Positions 1 through 12,747 of a stretch of 64,000 bases of DNA are shown here, piece by piece. Below the pieces are notes generated by a model. It made no database searches, was not told where the DNA came from, and saw only the letters and a list, made by a program, of their open reading frames with translations. Source of the stretch: Octopus vulgaris (Eukaryota); the NCBI GenBank assembly GCA_951406725.2, contig OX597823.1:60016001-60080000 (forward strand), given 5' to 3'. Positions within the stretch are counted from its first letter, which is position 1. Every line of letters begins with the position of its first letter. Made by a program: the position numbers and the translations under genes.

Positions 1-95
1 TAAAGTTTCAGTCAGCTTAGCTGCCTGAAGCTTCAAAGTCACTGTCAACAACATTCTTGTTTAATCAGTTGATTAATTAATTTACTTATTTTATA

Positions 96-261
96 TAGCA
101 ATTGGTGAACAGTAGTGGCACCATTAGTCCCCAATAGACCAACCATTTGTCTGCGATAGTGTGAGTGACAGGGGAGTGTATTGAACTCAGTGCAGAAGAA
201 ACACTACAAGTCATTATTTTTATTTTCTTGACAATATCCAAATCCTTCACTGATAAGTAAT
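96..261 (-). mobile_element. Degenerate LINE-like (CR1/L2-type RT C-terminal) fragment, copy 1
   Basis: Minus translation LSVKDLDIVKK...VSSA...LMVPLLFTNC loosely resembles the VRDLG...V.PLLEYC region of CR1/L2 RTs; near-gapless paralogue at 1005-1172. Confidence 0.4.
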
Positions 262-656
262 AAACATATATGTGTGTGTGTGTGTGTAAGTGCATGTGTG
301 TGTGTGTGTGTGTGTGTGTGTATTTCTTCTGAATCAAAGTGTTTAGAAACAATTTAAAAAATCCTCTGATGTTTTCACTAAACTGAAACTAGCATCCAGA
401 GTCAATAGTAAACTATAAACTATGTAATACTGATTCTATTATATGAAAAGTCATAAATACACACAGCACAAACCACTTGATGGTGCTATAAAGGAGTTTT
501 ATTGTCTCATCAATCAGCGTTATAATAACGAGCTCGAATAATTACTTGGATGAAACATTATTGTATTATTAACTCCTATGAAATGAGTGTTGGTGATAAA
601 ACCGATTTACATTCCTTTTGAGGTCAGGCTCTGCCAAGAGAATTTGAACTTATTAC

Positions 657-665
657 CTCCAGGCA
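657..665 (-). CDS. Candidate 9-nt microexon (TGCCTGGAG) of an unidentified minus-strand gene
   Basis: Minus strand: ~22-nt U tract, then ttgtttgctacatttcag|TGCCTGGAG|gtaata; frame-preserving; UGC between the tract and the AG; no transcript evidence. Confidence 0.35.
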
Positions 666-1004
666 CTGAAATGTAGCAAACAAGAAAAAAAAGAAAAAAA
701 AAATCAATGAATTTATTACATGCTATGTCTGGTAATCCACAGAGAGAAGGGAGGGTGAGAAACTTGAGTAATTACATATTTCATATAATATCCAATTTAA
801 TTTCAATTTATATGTGTATGTGTGTATGTGTGTATAATTCCAAGCTCTCACTCCTCTATGATATGATATTTGTTAATGACAGTCATATAACAATAGACAT
901 TGCATATAAATAGATTACTACTTTAACATTAATTACTGTTATTGTTCATAACAGCTAATATTACCATCTATAGCTTCTATATTTATTTATCTATTTATTT
1001 CATT

Positions 1005-1172
1005 TAGCAATTGGTGAACAATAGTGGCACCATTAGTTCCCAATGGACCAATCATTACTTTGTGATAGAGTGAGTGGCGAGGGAGTGTTTTGTACTCAGT
1101 GCAGAAGAAACATCACAAGTAATTCTTTTCATTTTCTTGTCAATATCCAAATCTCTCACTGATAAACTGTAA
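1005..1172 (-). mobile_element. Degenerate LINE-like fragment, copy 2
   Basis: Aligns to 96-261 with the same boundaries; LSVRDLDIDKK...LMVPLLFTNC with stops. Confidence 0.4.
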
Positions 1173-1324
1173 TCTTTTGGTGAAGTTGCACACATATAAA
1201 CATTCATGCATACATGCATACAGACACATACACATGCATGCACACATGCACACACCACACACACACACACGCACACATGCACACATTACTCAAAGTATAC
1301 AGTATTATAGATTCATTTCAGCAA

Positions 1325-1412
1325 ATCTTACCAATAGGTTTTGCACTGGGTGTCAAATAACTGAACATTAGATAACAGTATAGTTAAATAATGCCATGTG
1401 CTCTTCAGAGAC
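1325..1412 (-). ncRNA. Degenerate type I hammerhead ribozyme downstream of the Penelope-like ORF
   Basis: Minus: gtct-CTGAAGA-gcac...gtgc-AAAA (GAAA mutated)-cc tatt gg-TA-agat; stems I, II and III pair. Confidence 0.55.
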
Positions 1413-1442
1413 GAATAGCATGGAGAAAATATATGGCATATA

Positions 1443-1478
<36 letters not shown>

Positions 1479-1812
1479 TGTATAAATATATATGTAATTT
1501 AAAAATAGGATAAATTCTTTATAAGAATTTATCAAGTAGTTAGCGTGAAAAACCTCATAAGAGAAAAAAATCTACCAATTTTTTCACTTAAATATATTTA
1601 TTTATATTATATAGAGAGCATTACTATACGTAAATGCCACACGCTAGGAGTGACTCTTAAAGTCAAAACTACCAAAATAAATAAACACATCGTACTGAAT
1701 GCAACTCTTGAAGCAAGCCATTTAAAAACAGAATTTAGCAGCAGATCACCGTGATTTCATCAGTAGTGCAGTAATGCACTTATTAATCATCATTGCAAGC
1801 ATAATTCAAGAT

Positions 1813-3487
1813 TTATAACGAATGAACAAAATCAACATACCAGACGAACAACCAATGTATCCAAATTGTAGTAGATATAATATTCATTGTGGACGTACAG
1901 TTGTCATTTTTACTCAAATAATTAAAGGTACATTCTTTATTACGAATTTGGTTCAATTTCTTCTTGGCAATAGCTACTACATTATTGGTGAAGTTTAGTA
2001 AGGTGGAATATGCAAATTTCATTGTATGCCTATTAAATATTTTACTGTATCTACTAGAAAGAAAATAATTATCCAATGTATTAATAAAAATTCCAAAAAT
2101 ATATATGCAAAGTTACATGTAATCATCCTAAAAAGGGTTTAAACCATGTAATATTCCTCTTACGTTCCCTGTTTTTGCTTGTTCTATGGCTACTGAGTGC
2201 TTCTAGGTTAATTTTAAAGGTACTTGTTCTCCTTCAGTCACAGAAGGTGCTACAATTCATCCAAGTGCAATTTATCATCTGCATATTTAATTTCAGTTAA
2301 TGTATTGTAAATGCTCATCGGGTTTATGGTATGGACAATAAAGGCCCATATCAAGATTCAATGTTGCACAAAAAAATTAGCAGGTTTAGAGCTTCTTCCT
2401 AATGTTATAGAATGCTGGAATTTTTTGAATAAATTTAAAGTTTTATTTCTATAAATATATCTCTGAAGTTCACCTTTACTTCAGTTACAGAATATAGAAT
2501 TACTATCGTCCCTAAAAAGATCATCCTCTATTTCCAAGAATTCCAATTTAATAGAAAATTATATATAAATATCCATGAGGTCAGAAACATGTACAAAGTC
2601 ACTCAAACACACAAGTGTGTTGAAATTATTAGGTATGTCTTTTATAGTCCAGTATCTATCTTCAAGTTCAGTAATCATTTTCCTGGCTGCTAATACAAAG
2701 CCTAAAACCTGAGTAGAGAATTTTGAGTTTATCATTGTGAAAATTCAAGATCTGTTGAGAGAAAAATATGGATTATAGAGGATAGATGCACAATGGCTAG
2801 AAGTATTTTATTTCTATAGATTTAATGCAATTTTATTCCTTAAACCTTTGAACTAATTTATGGCTTCAACAGCGTTAGTTCATAAAATCAAGTTCAAGTC
2901 TTGTTCTCAATACTTGTTTAATCCTGTCTGTTACTTTTTTACATGTCTTTCCTATATCTGGCTTAGAGGGGCAAATAAGGGGCAGATGGATTACTCTAAA
3001 AATTAGATTTGTGGCCCTTCAGGTATATATGTGGTGACTTAGGCAAATAAGTCTCTGTCCAAACCTCAAAGTTGAAGTGTATAGCAATCTTATGCCTCTC
3101 CAAATTGGTGTCTTTAAAATTTGTAGTCGAAGTTAATTTATGCACCTTATGAAGTTCCTTTCCAATGAAAGTTTTGTAAAAGACAATGTCAAGGGTATAC
3201 ACATGTCAAGGATTTTATTCACATGAACTAGGATCCTGCAAGAGTGAGTTCCTTAATTAAGTTATTCAGTTTTGTTGATGTCTGTTCATTCTGTAATCTG
3301 TAACATTTGAATTTGATATATCCAATCATATTTATTAGTTCGTCTTTGAGCCATAAAAGATGAGAGTTCTGTGATGGGTTTTCATGGAATTTAAATTCCC
3401 ATTTCAAGTTGAGACTAATGTCATCTTGCATTGTCCCAGGAGTAGCATAGTCAAAGTGATATGCTTTCCAGCATATCCTACATGTAA
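1813..3487 (-). mobile_element. Penelope-like element (PLE) reverse transcriptase, pseudogenised
   Basis: Frameshifted minus-strand motifs in the expected order: YLKGHKSNF..LICPSKPDIGK (ITLKDHK/LINP.KS), DLFRDDS (YRDD), TLNLDMGLYCPYHKP, RKRNITWFKP, YSKIFNRHTMKFAYST. Confidence 0.85.
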
Positions 3488-3918
3488 ATGAATTATATAT
3501 ATATATATACATATGTATACAGAACACACACACACACACACACAGAATATATATATATATATATATATACCCACACACATATATACTATGTTATATTTAC
3601 ACAAACATACATGCATATATATTTATATATTTATGTGTGTGTGTGTGTGTGTGTGTGGATGGATATGAATGAGTGGATAGGTAGGCAGATGGGTGGGTGC
3701 ATAGAAGAATATTTAGATGGGTGGGTGAGTGGATCAGATGAGCAGTCAAATGGATAGATAAATGGATACCATGTGGCTAATTGTTTGAAAGCGAAACTTA
3801 ATTAACAGTCATAGCATCAACCAAATTAATATAATTATACTCCACACAGTATATTGAGTATTTATTCATTGTTCATAATATAATATACATACATCTTAGA
3901 TAAATATATATACACATG

Positions 3919-3966
<48 letters not shown>

Positions 3967-4050
3967 CACATACATAATACATATGTACACACTTGTATAA
4001 AAACTCATATTTGTGAATACATATACATGTGTCTATAAAAATATATCACT

Positions 4051-4203
4051 GGAGTGGCTGTGTGGTAAGAAGCTTGATTCTCAAGCACATGGTTCAAGGT
4101 TCAGTCCCACTGTATGGCAACTTGGGCAAGTGTCTTCTACTATAGCCATAGGATAACCAAAGCCTTGTGAGTGGATTTGGTAGATGAAAACTGAAAGAAG
4201 CTC

Positions 4204-4288
<85 letters not shown>

Positions 4289-4508
4289 GTCCTTGTCTTT
4301 GTATCTGGTCCTGCACCATCACTTGATAACCGATCTTGGTGTGTTTACATCCCTGTAACTTGGTTCAGCTAAAAAGACAAACAAAATAAGTACTAGTCTT
4401 TCAAAGAATAAGTCGTGGGGTCGATTTCCTTGACTAAAAACTTCTTTAAGGTGGTGCTCCAGCATGGCTGTAGTTGAATGCCTGAAAAAGTAAAAGAATA
4501 AAAGAATA
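4051..4508 (+). mobile_element. tRNA-derived SINE family A (GGAGTGGCTGTGTGGTAAG head), full length with internal (TG)n
   Basis: A/B-box-like head, CTTGGGCAAGTG core-like motif, (TAAAAGAR)n tail; many paralogues in the window. Confidence 0.9.
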
Positions 4509-4975
4509 TATACGCTTACTTACATAAATATATATATATATATATGCACACACACATATACATACACATATTTATGAATACATATACACATACATACACA
4601 CAGAAACATGTGTATAGATGTATATATATTTATATTTATATTTACTTTTTATATACATACACATACATGTATGCATATGTGTATATATAATATATATGTT
4701 TATTTATTTATGAACATATACTGATATATACAAAAGTGGGCATGTATGCTTAGATGCTTGTGTGTGTGTGTGTGTGTTCAGAAATACTATTAAAAAAATT
4801 CTAAGTATATCATTTTTGGTTTAAAACTTTGGAATCATTAAAATTCTTTTTTCTTTTTTTAAATCAGTATAGAGAAGAAATCTGAGAAAAACTGGAAAAA
4901 AAAAATATTCTCCTGAAGCTGATAGGATGTGTCTTTAGACTAATGGTTTATAAACTAAAACTACATTAAACCAGT

Positions 4976-5006
<31 letters not shown>

Positions 5007-5707
5007 TTCTGTCTTCAGCTAGAGTGGAGAGAGATTGTGATTTGTTGGGCTTTTGTTTTTGTTAAAGGCAAAATTGTTTTTCTGTTAAAGATTATGTTTG
5101 TTAAAATCAAAAATCTTTACCAAATTTAATTGTAGAATCAGAAGCACAACCAGACTTTAGATAAGCCATTGCGTGGTGACAGGGATTTTTCAAGCAACAT
5201 TTAGGAACAATTTTTTTTCTTCTTCCCCTTTTTATTTTTATTTTTATAGCATTATTCTATTTTGCTTTTTACCAAAAAAATAATCTCATTTGACGGAGGA
5301 AAAATAAAAAAATTCTACAATTCCAGTAACCAGAGAATGGGGGTGGGGGGAGATGAAAACACTAATACGCCAAGACAAACATAAGCTTACACAAATACAT
5401 GCACAATCGCACATATAGTTTCACAAATACACATTTTATAGACAACAACAACAAAAAAAAACACATGTACACAAATGTACAAATATATATATAAAGACAT
5501 ACATACATACATACACATACACATAGATATATATATATACACTCACACATTCATACATACATATATACATATATATATATACATATAGATATGTATACCT
5601 GTGTGTGTGTATATATATATATGTATATGTATGTATGTATATAAATATATATATATAGAGAGAGAGAGACAGACAGAGGAATATATGTATGTATATATGT
5701 ATGCATG

Positions 5708-5741
<34 letters not shown>

Positions 5742-6237
5742 TGTATGTATGCATGTATGTTTGTATGTATGTATGTATGTATGTGTGTATGCCATCATAT
5801 TATAAACACATCAAACACATCGCAAGTAACATAGATTTAGATTAAACACAATTCCAAGTTTAGATATTTAGAATTGCTTTTTATTTAATTTACTATATTT
5901 ATTTATGTTCTGTTTTTGTTTTTCCCCAACTTATTTTTATTTTATTCTTCCCTAATGATTATTCTTATACTCTATTAAAACAGGTTTATATAGAATTTAC
6001 TAGACAAATAATAATGCCAAAATAACAAAATAAACTTTTTTTTTTACTTTGCAAGAAGTTTTAGTTAAACTATAATGTAAAGAAAGGTTTACTTTATTAA
6101 AAATGAAAGAAATCAATTATAAATTTTGAGGACAAAATTTGTACAGATATATATATATATATATTTGTGTGTGTGTGTGTGTGTGTGTGTGTGGTGTGCA
6201 GCATGTGTGCATATGTGTATGTTATATATATATATAT

Positions 6238-6288
<51 letters not shown>

Positions 6289-6928
6289 TAGATAGATAGA
6301 TATAGATATAGGTAGATAGATAGATAAACAGCTAGATACATTCATATATACATATATTTATATATATCCTAGAAACAGGTGTAAGACCTTCTATCTATGA
6401 ATGCTGTAATATCTATACATCCTGGGTTTTTTATCTCATTACGCAAAAGATTCATATATATATATATATGTGTGTTTATATATAAAATAAAATATATGTG
6501 TGAATGTATATATGTATCTATTTGTGGGTAGAAATAGAAATCTGTGCAGGTATAGTTAGGGGAAGAAGGGAGCTTATGGTATGTAGAGATTGCTTGAATA
6601 TATAAGAATTAAAACCGGAAGATGTAGGTTCAAATCTCAGTCAGCTATAATTTTGCATTTTCTTTAAACAAACCTCATACATTGCCCAACGACTTTCTCC
6701 AACTCCCTCTCTTTCCCTTGTTTCTGATAGCGTAATCAGTCGAAGAATTATAGAAAAAATGCTTCCATGCGGAGAAGCAGAGTCTAGACTCAAAGTTTCT
6801 GAAAGTAAATAAAACCAATGACAATTTTAATGCAAGAGATGCAGCAGGGTCACATGATAGTCGATGGACTTCATATATATTGCGAATTCAGTAAAAACAG
6901 TAAAAGTACCTTCATCATTATCATCATC

Positions 6929-7260
6929 TTTATTACCCTCCACCTTAGCGAAGGTGGAGGTATTGTTTTCATTTGTGTTTGTTTGCTCGTTCTTGGACAA
7001 GATATCTCAAGAACCGCTGGATGGATTCAGATGAAACTTTCGGAGATGTTTGGCCTCACAACTGGCACAAACTCATTAGATTTTGGGATCGATCTGGTAC
7101 TGGACAAGCATTCTGGATTATTTTTCTTGTTCATTTTTTTTTTACTTAACTTTTGAGAGTGGTCAGGTTCATTTTTAGCATTCTTGTTTGTGAGAGCAGT
7201 CAAGTTTATTTCAGATATTCTCATTTCAAAAATTATCTCCAATTAATCATTGAGAGGACA
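6929..7260 (+). mobile_element. Helentron-associated (HINE/DINE-like) non-autonomous element fragment
   Basis: Starts TTATTACCCTCCACCTT-AGCG-AAGGTGGAGG hairpin, followed by gatatctcaagaacc...ggattcagatgaaactt typical of these elements. Confidence 0.6.
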
Positions 7261-7427
7261 GGATCTTGTCAATAAGGTGGATATTTTTGTCACCACCCTT
7301 CATTTGTTTCCAAGTAAGGTAATATTTCTCCATAACCAGGGAATGGAAAACACTGCTTGCATGATGGTGACATTTGCTTACAGCAATCACATAATGTCAA
7401 GACAAGGAGACAGTAAAAAAAATTACT

Positions 7428-7636
7428 TTCTCAAGCCATGCCAACTTATAAGGGCTGGTTTCCTGGTTTCATGGCATATATATTTCCTAACTGGAATTTT
7501 TGCTAGTTGAGGGACGGGAGCAACATGAAATGAAGTGTTTTGTTCAAGAACACATTGCTCTGCCCAGTCCGGGAATCAAAACTACTGTCTTACAATCAAG
7601 CATCCAATACCCTAACCACTAAACCACAAGTCTCCA
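7428..7636 (-). mobile_element. tRNA-derived SINE family C, degenerate
   Basis: Similar to 27008-27250 and 59587-59910. Confidence 0.7.
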
Positions 7637-7671
7637 CTCAAGGAGACAGTAACAAACAAACACACACACAC

Positions 7672-7830
7672 ACATACATGATGAGCTTTTTTCAGTGTCC
7701 ATCTAACAAATTCACTCACAAGGCTTTGGTCTGCCTGAGGCTATAGTAGAAGACACTTTCCTTAGGTTCCACACAGTGGGATTGAACCAGAAATCTATGT
7801 GTTTGAGAAGCAAACTTCTTACCTCACACA
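7672..7830 (-). mobile_element. SINE family A, 5' half
   Basis: Reverse complement of the family A head. Confidence 0.75.
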
Positions 7831-8084
7831 CACACATATCTGTACCTATAAAACCTGTACCTGTAAAATCAATCATAGTATAAATTCTTTTAAATGCCTT
7901 TATGTCCCTCTTGGAGCAGTTATCAGGTTCTGTGACCTGGATGATTTAATCAGCCATGGAGATGGATGCTCAAACACTACAACAACAACATTAAGCTCCA
8001 CGTGGGGAAAATCTCAGTGAGCTGTTACCTCTGCTGACAACAAAGGGATTCTTTTTCTAGACATGATTGTGTGGTAAGAAGCTT

Positions 8085-8342
8085 GTGGTCTTCTATCTCA
8101 AGGGAGGGGCTGTAGACAACTTTGTAGAAAGTTTTCTTGAAGGTCGGTTACTGATGGACCCAACCTGTATTGATAGTCCAGATTGGCCTCCTCTGGTAGC
8201 TGCACTGGTAATGGAAGAAAGTGATTTTTTCCAAAAAATGGATTCCTTTTCGAAGGAGAATTATAATTATCTCTTCTGGGTCCCCAACTTGCTGCTGCGG
8301 GATTGCCTGTGGGCGGCAAGAGATTTTATCAGGGACGATTGA
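8085..8342 (+). mobile_element. 258-bp GC-richer insert flanked by a 10-bp direct repeat (TAAGAAGCTT), probably a retrotransposon ORF fragment
   Basis: Direct repeats at 8075-8084 and 8343-8352 inside a SINE-A-like head; open frame ...LLRDCLWAARDF. Confidence 0.5.
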
Positions 8343-8719
8343 TAAGAAGCTTAGCATCTCAATTTATGTAAGAGGTTCATTACGTCATTTGTGTGTGTTT
8401 TTTTTTGTTTTTTAAATAAAAAAGAAAAAAGAAAAAAGAACAGTGTGTGTGTATCTTTTATCTTTTACTTCTTTCAGTCATTGGACTGTGACCATGTTAG
8501 GATATTGTCTTAAAGGGCATTTTAGTCAAATGACTCTCCCCAGACACAACAGAATCAACCCAGTATTTAAATTTTAAAACCTAGTACATATTCCATCAGT
8601 CTCTCACACCAAACTGCTAAATTACTTGAATGTAAACAAACCAGGATTGCTTATCAAGCAGTGAGGAACTAACACCAACACACACAGAAGAAGACAAATA
8701 AAATTCTTTAACACACCTT

Positions 8720-9093
8720 TAAGTTACAAATGTTTCTGTTCCATCTCTATTTGTAATGCCAGTTTACGCAAAAATTCTGAACGAAAGATCATGTAATATT
8801 TGTGGCCTTAGACATTGGCGAGGCACTTTATCAGACTTGCCTCTAAGATGTGCTATAACATTGTTCGTCCTTCAGACAATGTTGTTAGGAAAATATCGGG
8901 AGAAAATAAATAAGTACCTTTTTTACTTCCTCCCGATATTCTCCTAACAAGGTCTGAAGGACACAAATCGTAATAGCACATCTTTGATGCAAGTCTAATT
9001 AAGTTCTTCTCCAATGTTTAAAACCACAAATATTATGTGATTTTTTACATTGAATTTTCACGTAAACTGGTGTTACAAAACATTTGTAACTTA
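8720..9093. mobile_element. Long imperfect palindrome, MITE-like
   Basis: Terminal TAAGTTACAAATGTTT / AAACATTTGTAACTTA; arms pair all the way to the centre near 8910. Confidence 0.8.
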
Positions 9094-9100
9094 TAATTAT

Positions 9101-9522
9101 AGGCGTAGGAGTGGCTGTGTGGTAAGTAGCTTGCTTACGAACCACATGGTTCCAGGTTCAGTCCCACTGTGTGGCACCTTGGGTAAGTGTCTTCTACTAT
9201 AGCCTTGGGCTGACCAAAGCATTGTGAGTGGATTTGGTAGACGGAAACTGAAAGAAGCCCGGGCTTATATATATATATATATATGTATGTGTGTATATAT
9301 GTTTATGCGTCTGTGTTTGTCGCCCCCCCTCAACATCACTTGACAACCAATGCTGGTGTGTTTACATCCCCATAGCTTAGCGGTTCGACAAAAGAGACCA
9401 ATAGAATAAGTACTAGGTTTACAAAGAATAAGTCCTGGGGTCAATTTGCTCAACTAAAGGTGGTGCTCCAGCATGGCCACAGTCAAATGGCTGAAACAAG
9501 TAAAAGAGTAAAAGAGTAAAGA
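9101..9522 (+). mobile_element. SINE family A, full length
   Basis: AGGCGTAGGAGTGGCTGTGTGGTAAG head to (TAAAAGAG)n tail. Confidence 0.92.
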
Positions 9523-10739
9523 TATTTTAAAGAATTTTCTTTGTCTTATTCTTCTTTTCATCGGATTATTTACTCTTTGCCAAACCCATTTGATGGTATA
9601 AACATTGTGAAACTTTTCTACACCTGAAGAATTCCATCTTTGGCTTGGATCTGACACTGCTGATAGCCCAGTATTTGGGTCAAGCACTTCTCTGGAGATA
9701 CCCCAACTTCCCACTTTAGCACATATATATATATATATACAACAGGCTTCTTTCAGTTTCCATCTATCAAATCTGTTCACAAGGCTTTAGTCAACCCAGG
9801 CTTATAAATACTGAACTGACTTTTCTTAACATATCATATTACATCTAAGGCTTCTTTCTTTCTACCTTCCCTCTCCCAATATTTCGTCAGAATCCTTTAT
9901 TGATACTGAAATTTAAGTTCTTGTTTGATCTCTGTGCAAGTGAGTTGCCTAGAAAAAATTATATTATCGTAAGCTTTTGGACATATTTGGTATCACAATT
10001 GATTCAATATGGACCAACCAATTAGTATATTGTAACATTAAACGATTATACTCAAAGAAGCTTATGTAACAGAAAAATTTTGGCTTTTCAAATGATGTAA
10101 TCCTATATAAAAGATTTATTTTCCATTCTAGTTAATGTCTTATATTTTCACAAACACATACATATATATATATATATAATATATATACATACATATATAC
10201 ATATATATATGTATGAAATATATACAACAGGCTTCTTCAGATGATGAAAATACCTAAATTAAGTGGCTTAAATTCATTAAGAAGTTTTTAATACTTAGAT
10301 AATGAGTTGGCGCAAATTTTAGAATATCGGTCAAAATATCATAATTTGTTACATATAAAAGACTACTCTGTGTGAGTATTTAGTGTACAGAATACTCCTT
10401 TTCAATACAGTCCCTTAAACTATATCATTGATTGCAAACAAGTAGAAAATATCATGCTGAGGAGGTTTGGTAAGACAGAAATATGTTCTCTGCTTTCATC
10501 ATTTGGCTTTAAATATCAGATCTACTCCTTTATGCACTGTCTTTATTCACCATAAAATTGTTTGGCTGATGTTATTCAAGTCATCTCACTTGTTTTGAGT
10601 TTTTCATTTTTTTTTTGTCAGATTTCAAACAGGCTTTGAGGAAGTCTTTGTCTACTAATTGCATGGATAATTTTAGTTAAGTGAAATTTTCATTTTTCTT
10701 TTCTAGCTTGCCACATTATATACCTTATATTTTTTTTCT

Positions 10740-11142
10740 CTAATTTGTTTCCGTCGTTGGTCTGTAATCATGCTGAGCAACTGCCTTCAAGAATTCTTAG
10801 TTGAAAGAACCAATCTCCAGTTCATATTTTTTAAAGCCTAGTACTTTATTCTATTGGTCTCTTTTGCGGAACCACTAAGTTATAAGGATGTAAACACACT
10901 AACACCAGAATGTCAAGCAGTGGTAAGGGACAAACCCAGACACAAAGACACACATGCACACATGGATGCATATATATATATATATATATGATGGCCTTCT
11001 CTCAGTTTCCATCTAACAAATCCACTTACAAGCCTTTGATCAATCTGAGGTTATAGCAGAAAATGCCCACGGTGTCATGCAGTGGGACTGAAACTAGAAC
11101 CATGTGGTCAGGAGGCAAACTTCTTAACCACACAACCACATG
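10740..11142 (-). mobile_element. SINE family A, older copy
   Basis: Diverged reverse complement of family A. Confidence 0.8.
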
Positions 11143-11166
11143 CTATGAGATCTGATCATATAAATA

Positions 11167-11586
11167 TCTCTTTACTCTTTTTACTCTTTTACTTGTTTCA
11201 GTCAGTTCACTGTGGCCATGCTGGAGCACCACCTTTTAGTCGAGCAAATCGACCCCAGGACTTATTCTTTGTAAGCCTAGTACTTATTCTATCATTCTCT
11301 TTTGCCAAACCGCTAAGTTACGGAGACATAAACACACCAGCATCGGTTGTCAAGCGATGGTGGGGGGACAAACACAAACACACAAACATATACAAACACA
11401 TACATATATATATACATATATACGACAGGCTTCTTTCAGTTTCCGTCTACCAAATCCACTCACAAGGCTTTGGTCAGCCTGAGGCTATAGTAGAAGGCAC
11501 CAGCCCAAGGTGTCACGCAGTGGGACTGAACCCAGAACCATGTGGTTAGTAAGCAAGCTACTTACCACACAGCCACTCCTACACCT
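11167..11586 (-). mobile_element. SINE family A, full length, young
   Basis: Close reverse complement of 9101-9522. Confidence 0.92.
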
Positions 11587-12119
11587 AAATCTCACAGTAT
11601 TTAATAACCTTCCTTAACATCTTGTGTTCAAACCCTAGTAAGAACAGGAGCTGACTTTGCTCTTTTATTCTTCCTGGGTCTATAAAACAAAAATATAAAA
11701 ATAAAATAAATATCAATCACACAGCGAGGTTTACTCCAGCTTTACTCCATTTCTACTTTTCCCCTCTCTTGTAAATTTATGGCCTTGTGCCAATGTGACA
11801 AACAATTATTTTTCATTGAGATAATATCTCATATTTAGTTTCTTACCAAATAAATAATTATCTCTTGGTTCCTCCTGATAACCTTTAGCTTCATTTGCTT
11901 CATTATCTTGTTTCTTTTCCAGTTCCATCTATCAGTGATCAAAGAATTTGCTCTAAAGTTTATTTCCTTATTTTTAGTTATTTTTATTCACTTTTTCATT
12001 TTCTCCCATTCACTTCCTTGTTTTTTGTTGTTGTTGTTGTTGTTTTTTAAATTTTATATCTGTGCTTTTTTTTTTATGATGTTAGTTTTCCCTATTTATT
12101 ATTATTAGTATTATTATTA

Positions 12120-12150
<31 letters not shown>

Positions 12151-12301
12151 GTTCAGTTGTAAAACTTTTTGACAAATTAGAAATGGTTGCCTTGCAGAAA
12201 TGAGGTGCTTAGATTTACATTTAATATTCAGTTATTATTTCAACTGAAATGTTGCATTTATCTGAATATATATATACACCGAAGGCATACATATATGTGC
12301 A

Positions 12302-12344
<43 letters not shown>

Positions 12345-12705
12345 GCATGTATGTATGTATGTATGTATGTATGTATGTATGTATGTATGTATGTATGTAT
12401 GTATGACTGGATGGCCATAGATGGAATAACTTTGATTATAGAGCAGTTCAATCAAAGTTGCTCTGTAGCTATAAACATCTTCAACATGAACATCATCACT
12501 ACCAATGCCATCAACGTCTGCAAGGGAGCTGCAACATGGTCATTCAACATGCTTGAAATAGCAGCTAATTTCCATTTAAACCATACCCTGCTCTTAATTC
12601 AGTCATCTATAAAGTTTGGACTTCTACCTACATGTATGTATGTAAGTATGTATGTATGTATGTATGTATGTATGTATGTATGTATGAATGTATGTATGTG
12701 TTGTA

Positions 12706-12747
<42 letters not shown>

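Noticed and set aside
11082-11549. 155-aa ORF and similar ORFs at 9265, 29577, 51549, 55153 and 60282
   Set aside because: Chance frames through SINE family A copies
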